Below are positions 1 to 7,190 of a stretch of 64,000 bases of DNA, piece by piece. Position 1 is the stretch's first letter, and every line of letters begins with the position of its first letter. The translations under genes were made by a program, and so were the position numbers. A model generated the notes under the pieces. That model was given only the letters and a program-made list of their open reading frames with translations, ran no database searches and was not told the origin of the DNA. The stretch spans positions 2,208,001 to 2,272,000 of the forward strand of contig CAVUDP010000002.1 in assembly GCA_963740315.1 (NCBI GenBank), written 5' to 3'. The stretch comes from an uncultured cyanobacterium (GTDB lineage: Bacteria; Cyanobacteriota; Cyanobacteriia; Cyanobacteriales; Nostocaceae).

Positions 1-172
1 AGACTAATTATTGAGTTTTTAACAATATGCTGCCATATTCTTGGAATAATTTTTTGATCTTTATACTTACAAATGTTCATAATGGTTAGATGCACTCTGT
101 AACTCTTATTTATACAAACAATGTATAAATATTTCAGTCATATCAATAAAAATTTAAACCTGCAAGTTTTTG

Positions 173-487
173 TTATTGGTTAAGTGTTAATCCCACTACT
201 CCTAACACTATAAACATGATGCATAGCATTTTTGGAATACTACCAGGTTCATCAAAATATAAAACACCTATTACTGATATAGCAGTGATGCAGCATCCAG
301 TCCAAACAGGATAGGCAATGCTTAAAGGAAGCTTATTCGCAGCAATAGTCATGCAAACAAAAGACAGTACAAAATATAGCATTAACAATAATGAAGGTTT
401 TAATTTAGTAAAACCGTAGGAATCTTTAATCCATAAAGTTGCTAATACTTCAAAATATACTGCCAATCCCAGATAGATGTATTTCAT
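173..487 (-). CDS. SMR/DMT family small multidrug efflux transporter
   Basis: 104 aa, four hydrophobic helices, membrane-embedded Glu in helix 1 (FEVLAT), K-x-S-x-GF and LPLSIAYPVWTG motifs typical of the EmrE/QacE/Gdx family. Confidence 0.9.
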   Translation of the reverse strand: MKYIYLGLAVYFEVLATLWIKDSYGFTKLKPSLLLMLYFVLSFVCMTIAANKLPLSIAYPVWTGCCITAISVIGVLYFDEPGSIPKMLCIMFIVLGVVGLTLNQ

Positions 488-814
488 ATAATGTCAGAAT
501 TATCGCTAAACAACTTTGGCGATGCTTCCCTGACAACTTTATAACCTAATTTAAATAGGTTTAATAAATCTGGTGATGCTTCCTAATATTATTGAGAATT
601 TTCTATACGTAAACTATATTAAAGCTGCTTACTATCAACAATAAAATCACGACTAAAAACTATATATTTGATAACATATACGTTAACGCAAATTAATTTT
701 GATTAGCGTTTAGTTGTTATTTGGATACTTGATAAGTAAACAGCTTATTGAAAGCAGTATTTAGTTAATTATTGTTACTAAATAAGCACAAAGGTTAAAT
801 GAACCAATATAGTT

Positions 815-1738
815 TTAATTCATTACAGCTAAGCTATCTAATGTATTAACACATTCTTTCTGCAATTCTTTAAAGAAAGCCTGTTGTACATTAACAAAAT
901 TTTCAAAACCTGCAAATGCCCATTTGTAAGCTTCTCCTTCCGAGCGATCGCAATATTTAATTGCTAAGTCTAAAGCTTCTAAGGCTGCCAGATAGTGACC
1001 TTCTTCTACGCTCTTTTTGTTGTAACTGCTGTGAACCCCAATCCAATACCAAGCACTAGCTTTTTTGCCATCAAAGTCAACTTTTCCATTAATATCTTTC
1101 AGATACTGACCAAAATTTGGGTCTACTTTTTCCCCACGAACAAGTTTATCGATAATGCTATATTCATGATCTGCAAGTATTTCAGAAGCTGCATGAAAGC
1201 CCATAGCTTTGATCAATGCTTCTAAGTTACCGATTTCCCCCTGATAAACTTCTGAATGTTCTGCTAATATCTGACTGAACCAATCAGGTATTTTGCTCAA
1301 CTCATTTCTTTCTTGCAAACTTAAACCCGCGTAATTACCAACGGCTTTCATAGTGGCCTGTGCAAGTGTTCGGTGGGAAAAGCCTTGATGATGGTCGTCG
1401 GAAAACTCTTCAATACTTGCCTCTAAAACTTTGGCTGCAACTTCAAGTCCTCTATCAGCTTCATCATAGATTTCACAGTCGGATTCTCTGAAAATATCAC
1501 GCGATAAGCCAATGGAACTCGCAAGTCTTGTTACTAATGAACTTGCTACACCATTAAAGTGAGCATAGCGTTGTATAAATAGATAAAATGCTTTAGGATT
1601 CTCCATCGCGGTTCTACAAGATTTTTCAATCGTTTCATCGAGTAAGTCAAAATTAAAACGGTTGTTAAATTCTTGCTTTGTAAATAGACAAACTTCTAAA
1701 GATGGAAGTGATAAATTTGGAGCAACAGAAATAGACAT
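815..1738 (-). CDS. Putative heme-oxygenase-like diiron oxidase/oxygenase (HDO superfamily)
   Basis: 307 aa, appears all-helical, with spaced ligand-like motifs EEFSDDHHQGFSH, GFHAASE and WIGVH...VEEGH resembling the E..H / E / H..E..H pattern of HDO enzymes. Confidence 0.6.
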   Translation of the reverse strand: MSISVAPNLSLPSLEVCLFTKQEFNNRFNFDLLDETIEKSCRTAMENPKAFYLFIQRYAHFNGVASSLVTRLASSIGLSRDIFRESDCEIYDEADRGLEVAAKVLEASIEEFSDDHHQGFSHRTLAQATMKAVGNYAGLSLQERNELSKIPDWFSQILAEHSEVYQGEIGNLEALIKAMGFHAASEILADHEYSIIDKLVRGEKVDPNFGQYLKDINGKVDFDGKKASAWYWIGVHSSYNKKSVEEGHYLAALEALDLAIKYCDRSEGEAYKWAFAGFENFVNVQQAFFKELQKECVNTLDSLAVMN

Positions 1739-2055
1739 AATTTAAAAGTGCTAATTATTATGTTCAATTATTCAACTTAATTTATTGAATGAACACGACA
1801 GAAATACCCAAATAAAATATGAAGTTCGATTATATTTATCCGAGGAAAGTATAAAGATTTTGACTCACATGAAAAAGCTGTATACCGAAGCTATTGTAAA
1901 TGTCAATTTAAATTACTTGTAGTAAGTGTTAATAAAAAGATAGTTATTATACTGAAGTTTTCTTATAAAAAATCAAATAAATTATACATCTGTAGTGACT
2001 TCTATAAGTCTTACTTAATTAGATATAAGTTCTTAAATCTAGCTAAATTAAACTT

Positions 2056-3318
2056 ATGCCTCTAAATCATTCCGAGATACGCGCTCATTTTCCATCTCTT
2101 TCCGTTGTAGATAACAAGCAACCTCGAATCTATTTGGATAATCCTGGCGGTACGCAAGTATCGAACCAAGTTATCGATCGCATGACACAATATTTAATCA
2201 ACTCTAATGCCAATGATGGAGGTAAGTTTCGCACTTCGGTTGATTCGGATGCTTTATTAGCGGAAGCACATCAAGCTATGGCTGCTCTTTTAAATGCGCC
2301 GTCTGCTGCTGAGATTATCTTCGGCAATAATATGACTAGCCTTACTTTCAGTATTTCTCGTTCCCTAGCGCATTTGTTTGAACCCGGTGATGAAATCTTA
2401 TTAACTCGCATGGATCATGATGCCAATATTTCACCTTGGCTACAGATAGCATCCGAAGGTAAGTTAAATATAAAGTGGCTTGATTTTAGCCCCGAAACCT
2501 ATCGCTACGAGATGGAAACTTTACCCGAACTTTTGAGCGATCGCACTAAACTTGTAGCTGTCAATTATGCTAGCAATGCTTTAGGTACGATTAATGATGT
2601 AAAAACTATTACAGCGCAAGCTCACTCTGTAGGAGCGCTGGTATATGTAGATGCAGTACATTATTTACCCCACGGTTGCACCGACGTACAAGACATAGGT
2701 TGCGATTTTTTAGTTTGTTCCCCCTATAAATTTTGCGGCCCTCATCAAGGTGTATTGTGGGGAAAAGCTGAATTACTCGAACAACTCCAAGGTTATAACG
2801 TGCGCCCAGCCATGAAGTACCTACCAACAAAATTTGAAACTGGTACTCAGAATCATGAAGGGCAAGTAGGAAGTTTGGGAGCGGTGGAACATTTGCTGTG
2901 GATTGGTAAAACAATGGCTCAAGAGTACCACGAGCAATATGCACAATATAACGAGTCAACAAAATATATATACTCAGCCATGAGTGCTATAAAAGATTAT
3001 GAAGAACAACTTAGTTTAGGTTTGGTAAGTGGTTTGCAAGCAATTAAAGGAGTAAAAGTACGCGGAATTACTCAAGCAGAACAAATGCGCGATCGCGTAC
3101 CAACTGTTTGCTTTACTCATGAAAGTTATGATTCCGAAGAAATAGCAGCATTATTAGCAGAGAAAAACATTTTTGTGTGGAGTGGAGATTTTTACGCTCT
3201 CGAAATTGTCAAAAGATTAGGTTTAGATAATGGTAGTGGTTTAGTTCGTGTAGGTGCAGCCCATTACAATACAATTGAAGAGATAAATATATTTTTAGAA
3301 GCTTTAGCAAACCTATAA
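2056..3318 (+). CDS. Class V PLP aminotransferase / cysteine desulfurase-like protein lacking the catalytic Cys
   Basis: YLDNPGGTQV, DHDANISPW, YVDAVHY and CSPYKFCGPH (PLP Lys) motifs; VWSGDFYA stands where SufS has RxGHHCA. Confidence 0.85.
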   Translation: MPLNHSEIRAHFPSLSVVDNKQPRIYLDNPGGTQVSNQVIDRMTQYLINSNANDGGKFRTSVDSDALLAEAHQAMAALLNAPSAAEIIFGNNMTSLTFSISRSLAHLFEPGDEILLTRMDHDANISPWLQIASEGKLNIKWLDFSPETYRYEMETLPELLSDRTKLVAVNYASNALGTINDVKTITAQAHSVGALVYVDAVHYLPHGCTDVQDIGCDFLVCSPYKFCGPHQGVLWGKAELLEQLQGYNVRPAMKYLPTKFETGTQNHEGQVGSLGAVEHLLWIGKTMAQEYHEQYAQYNESTKYIYSAMSAIKDYEEQLSLGLVSGLQAIKGVKVRGITQAEQMRDRVPTVCFTHESYDSEEIAALLAEKNIFVWSGDFYALEIVKRLGLDNGSGLVRVGAAHYNTIEEINIFLEALANL

Positions 3319-3360
3319 TATTTCAATCGGAAATCTGCTGGTAAGTTAACAGGAGCATGG

Positions 3361-3831
3361 ATGATTTCAATCAGAAAACTAAATCCTGAAGATATCCAGC
3401 AGTTTTTTTTATGGCGAGATGCAGATATTTACGTTCACAATATTCTGCGTCGCGAGGTGATGGAGCATGAAGAAGGAAAGCGCGTTATCTTCATAGCCTT
3501 GATTGATTCAGCTATTGTAGGAACAGTACAATTTGTCCCCAAACATTGTGATGATGAATTGGCTGATGGAAGCTCCACCGCTTATTTGCAGTCGCTTTTA
3601 GTTGATATAAATTATAGAAGACAAGGAATAGGTTCTCAATTAATTAAAGCAGTGGAATTTGAAGCGATCGCGTGCAATTTTCAGCGTTTAACTATTATGG
3701 TTGAATCAGATAATTTTGCAGCATTGAATCTTTACCAAAAAATGGGTTTTTCTTTTTTTAAAAATTCAACCAATATGTGGCGAGGTAAGGAATATTGTGT
3801 CAGTTGTCTGGAGAAAAATGTAGAAATGTAG
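3361..3831 (+). CDS. GNAT family N-acetyltransferase
   Basis: Acetyl-CoA binding motif YRRQGIGSQL and N-x-x-ALNLYQKMGF. Confidence 0.9.
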   Translation: MISIRKLNPEDIQQFFLWRDADIYVHNILRREVMEHEEGKRVIFIALIDSAIVGTVQFVPKHCDDELADGSSTAYLQSLLVDINYRRQGIGSQLIKAVEFEAIACNFQRLTIMVESDNFAALNLYQKMGFSFFKNSTNMWRGKEYCVSCLEKNVEM

Positions 3832-3909
3832 AGATTTTCGTTTGCATCTAGGATGAACGTAAAATAATAAAGCGATAAATCGCTTACTACGAACCAATAA
3901 TTACACAGC

Positions 3910-3945
3910 AAAAAACACCCCCCGACTGTTCGGAGGGTGTTTTTT
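3910..3945. terminator. Bidirectional intrinsic terminator between the convergent GNAT gene and psbA
   Basis: AAAAAACACCC-CCCGA-CTGT-TCGGA-GGGTGTTTTTT hairpin with A and T tracts on either side. Confidence 0.8.
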
Positions 3946-3951
3946 ATATGT

Positions 3952-3981
3952 TGTAGAGACGCGATATATCGCGTCTCTACA
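3952..3981. repeat. REP-like GTAG palindrome (TGTAGAGACG...CGTCTCTACA family)
   Basis: Perfect palindrome TGTAGAGACGCGATATATCGCGTCTCTACA; related copies at about 37969-37996, 48333-48362 and 58846-58868 (half copy), with degenerate copies near 14203-14233 and 42887-42919. Confidence 0.85.
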
Positions 3982-3999
3982 TTATTGATTATTTAATTT

Positions 4000-5082
4000 T
4001 TAACCATTGATTGCGGGAGCGCTGACTGCAACAGGTGCAGATTCTAGAGCAGCTAAATCAAGTGGGAAGTTGTGAGCGTTGCGCTCGTGCATTACTTCCA
4101 TACCCAAGTTAGCGCGGTTCAATACATCAGCCCAAGTGTTGATTACTCTTCCACTTGAATCAATTACAGACTGGTTGAAGTTGAAACCGTTCAAGTTGAA
4201 CGCCATTGTGCTGATTCCCAAAGCGGTAAACCAGATTCCTACAACGGGCCATGCTGCTAAGAAGAAGTGCAAGCTACGGCTGTTATTGAAAGAAGCATAT
4301 TGGAAAATCAAACGACCAAAGTAACCGTGTGCAGCTACGATGTTGTAGGTTTCTTCTTCTTGACCGAATTTGTAACCGTAGTTCTGTGATTCGGTTTCGG
4401 TTGTTTCACGTACCAAGCTCGAAGTTACCAATGAACCGTGCATAGCACTGAACAAGGAACCACCAAATACTGCTGCAACACCTAACTGGTGGAAGGGGTG
4501 CATCAAAATGTTGTGTTCAGCTTGGAACACGAACATGAAGTTAAAGGTACCGGAGATACCTAAAGGCATACCGTCAGAGAAAGAACCTTGTCCAATAGGG
4601 TAGATCAAGAATACTGCGGTTGCTGCTGCTACAGGAGCGGAGAAAGCAACACAGATCCAAGGACGCATACCTAAGCGGTAGGAAAGTTCCCACTCACGAC
4701 CTAAGTAGCAAAATACTCCAATTAAGAAGTGGAATACTACCAACTGGTAAGGACCGCCGTTGTACAACCACTCATCTAAGGAAGCAGCTTCCCAGATTGG
4801 GTAGAAGTGCAAACCAATAGCGTTAGAAGAAGGTACAACAGCACCGGAGATGATGTTGTTTCCGTAAATCAACGAACCTGCAACAGGCTCGCGGATACCA
4901 TCGATGTCAACAGGCGGAGCTGCAACAAAAGCGATGATGAAACAAGTGGTAGCAGCCAATAGGGTAGGAATCATCAACATTCCAAACCAACCGATGTATA
5001 AACGATTGTTTGTGCTGGTGATCCATCCGCAGAACTGTTCCCACGCAGAAGCGCTCTCGCGTCTTTGTAATGTGGTTGTCAT
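4000..5082 (-). CDS. psbA: Photosystem II reaction centre protein D1 (E130, D1:2-like form)
   Basis: 360 aa canonical D1; D170, E189, H332, E333, D342 and A344 ligands present; GREWEL gives Glu130. Confidence 0.99.
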   Translation of the reverse strand: MTTTLQRRESASAWEQFCGWITSTNNRLYIGWFGMLMIPTLLAATTCFIIAFVAAPPVDIDGIREPVAGSLIYGNNIISGAVVPSSNAIGLHFYPIWEAASLDEWLYNGGPYQLVVFHFLIGVFCYLGREWELSYRLGMRPWICVAFSAPVAAATAVFLIYPIGQGSFSDGMPLGISGTFNFMFVFQAEHNILMHPFHQLGVAAVFGGSLFSAMHGSLVTSSLVRETTETESQNYGYKFGQEEETYNIVAAHGYFGRLIFQYASFNNSRSLHFFLAAWPVVGIWFTALGISTMAFNLNGFNFNQSVIDSSGRVINTWADVLNRANLGMEVMHERNAHNFPLDLAALESAPVAVSAPAING

Positions 5083-5373
5083 GGTTCGGATAATTGCGTT
5101 TTTATTTGTCTTATAATTGAGCGCGATTTCTCTTGCTCGTTGTTACTACTATACATCAGTTCATTCACTTAGGATCATTTACTCAGATTATTATTAATTA
5201 TTGTAAAGATAATTAAAAGTTATATGGATATTGGGCATGGGAATAAAAAGTTATGAAGGTTTTTAAACTTTGGCGGGTGGTGCCTTCAGAGAGGCTGATG
5301 AGAGGCAGAGCCTCTACAAATGCATTCCCAGCTAAAAGCAGGGAACGAGGGGAACGAGGGCAAAGTTTAAAAT

Positions 5374-6876
5374 TTAAAAATCAAAATATATATAAGGTAA
5401 TCTTCCTTCGGGAGCTAAAACCCAAACCGCCCAGAGACATAGGGGGATAAATAAGAGTTTTAGGTGCCAGTTAAGCTGTAGTTTGAGGCGATTATTAAAG
5501 GCGTAACTAATACCCATAACAGATGCGATCGCAATTAATAAAGCAGCTAGTTGATATTGACTAATATTAAGAGCTTCCACGTAGACTTTTTGAGCAAACT
5601 GTGCATCGGCAGAACGACCAAATAGGTTGGTAATTACTAACCAAGAATCTTGTAAATTAGGTAGGCGGAACCATATCCATGAAGTGAAAACCATTAACTG
5701 AGTCAGCAACCAAGCTAAAGTTACCCCGGCGGGATTTTGCCAGAAATTTTCCAGAGGCTCAAAGCGATCGCTAATAACATCAGTTAGACGATGCACGACT
5801 AATGCCAAACCGTGAAAGGCTCCCCAAACAATCCACCCTAACGCCGCACCGTGCCAAATTCCGGCGAGAAGCATGATAATCATTAAGTTCAAGCAGGTGC
5901 GAGCTAAACCTTTACGGGAACCTCCCAGAGGAAAGTAAAGGTAATTACGCAGCCAATCTCCTAAAGTTATGTGCCAGCGCCGCCAAAACTCAGCAATGCT
6001 GGTGCTGAAATAGGGATGATTAAAGTTTTCCGGCAATACTAAACCGAAAAGCAAAGCACTACCGCGAGCAATATCTACATAACCGCTAAAGTCTAAATAT
6101 AGTTGTAAGCCGTAAGCAAATGTTGCTAACCATAAATCGACGCTACCCGCTCGTTGCAAGCTACTAAAACATAAATCGACAAAAATTCCCAAATTATCTG
6201 CTAAGAGAGCTTTTTTCACCGCACCTCTAGCAATTAACCATAACCCTTCAGCGATCGTATCGGGAGTAGGAAACTTTAGACTATTAAATTGAGTTGCCAA
6301 ACTGTGGTAGCGAGTAATCGGACCGGAAATCAGTTTAGTAAAAAAGGATTTGTAACTAGCAAATTTGATAAACTGTTCCGCAGCAGGAGCGCCACGATAA
6401 ACATCGATTAAATAAGCAATACACTCAAAAGTAAAAAATGAAATTCCTAGAGGTGCAATTACTTTAAAAGTGTTTACACCTCCAGGGTTAATACTGCTGG
6501 AGTTAAAGAAATTGAACAAAGGCGATAAATACTTAAATCCAAACAGCAGCAAAATATTTAAAATAATTCCCAGCCACAAAACCTGCAAACGGCGACGATT
6601 CCAATCAGCTTGAGCAAATTGCCAATCTTCATTAGAAATTCGCCAATCAAGACTATGCTTTCCAGGGGAAGTATTTTGTCCCAGGGCTAACCCCAAACGA
6701 AAATTAATAAAAACCAGCGTCAACAGCAACGGTAGATAATAAAATTGGTTAGACGCATAAAAAATTAAGCTGGCAATAAATAAAGTCCATAGACGCAACC
6801 TTTGCTCTTCTACAGACCAATAAATTCCCAACACGCTGAGTAAAAATAATCCGTATGCAAACGAAATGAAATTCAT
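5374..6876 (-). CDS. MBOAT family O-acyltransferase (AlgI/DltB-like)
   Basis: PLGISFFTF, ISGPI, QLYLDFSGY, EFWRRWHITL and GIWHGA motifs. Confidence 0.95.
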   Translation of the reverse strand: MNFISFAYGLFLLSVLGIYWSVEEQRLRLWTLFIASLIFYASNQFYYLPLLLTLVFINFRLGLALGQNTSPGKHSLDWRISNEDWQFAQADWNRRRLQVLWLGIILNILLLFGFKYLSPLFNFFNSSSINPGGVNTFKVIAPLGISFFTFECIAYLIDVYRGAPAAEQFIKFASYKSFFTKLISGPITRYHSLATQFNSLKFPTPDTIAEGLWLIARGAVKKALLADNLGIFVDLCFSSLQRAGSVDLWLATFAYGLQLYLDFSGYVDIARGSALLFGLVLPENFNHPYFSTSIAEFWRRWHITLGDWLRNYLYFPLGGSRKGLARTCLNLMIIMLLAGIWHGAALGWIVWGAFHGLALVVHRLTDVISDRFEPLENFWQNPAGVTLAWLLTQLMVFTSWIWFRLPNLQDSWLVITNLFGRSADAQFAQKVYVEALNISQYQLAALLIAIASVMGISYAFNNRLKLQLNWHLKLLFIPLCLWAVWVLAPEGRLPYIYFDF

Positions 6877-6900
6877 TGGTCAATTATCAATTATCAATTA

Positions 6901-7010
6901 CAGCCGATTTCATTTGAGTGAGGTACAGGAGTAGGGAGTAGGGAGTAGGGAGTAGGGAGTAGGGAGTAGGGAGTAGGGGAATGTACCTCAATAAGACAGG
7001 CAAACTGCTG
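6901..7010. mobile_element. MITE-like element with TA target duplication, containing a (GGAGTAG)n tract
   Basis: Imperfect inverted ends CAGCCGATTT..TGAGGTACA and TGTACCTCA..AAACTGCTG, flanked by TA on both sides, interrupting a (TATCAAT)n tract; related ends at 35439 and 48513-48541. Confidence 0.65.
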
Positions 7011-7078
7011 TATCAATTATCAGTTGAGCATTGGGAATAAAAAGTTAGGAGTTAGGAGTTCAAGAGTTAAGAATTTTC

Positions 7079-7190
7079 TACCCCCTCTCCCCATCTCCCC
7101 ATCTCCCCATCTCCCCCTCTCCCCATCTCCCCCTCTCCCCATCTCCCCCTCTCCCCATCTCCCCCTCTCCCCATCTCCCTCTCTCCCCAT
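7079..7190. repeat. STRR tract (CCCCATCT/CCCCCTCT)n
   Basis: About 14 octamer units directly visible, abutting the stop codon of the large upstream gene. Confidence 0.95.

Noticed and set aside
2056..3318. Calling this gene sufS or iscS
   Set aside because: The catalytic Cys motif is absent and no suf/isc genes are adjacent
4079..5116. Short ORFs antisense to or nested in psbA and other long genes (ppc, copA, antiporter, pyk, sbcC, glgP, 40500-41048)
   Set aside because: Shadow ORFs of well-supported genes with no recognisable motifs
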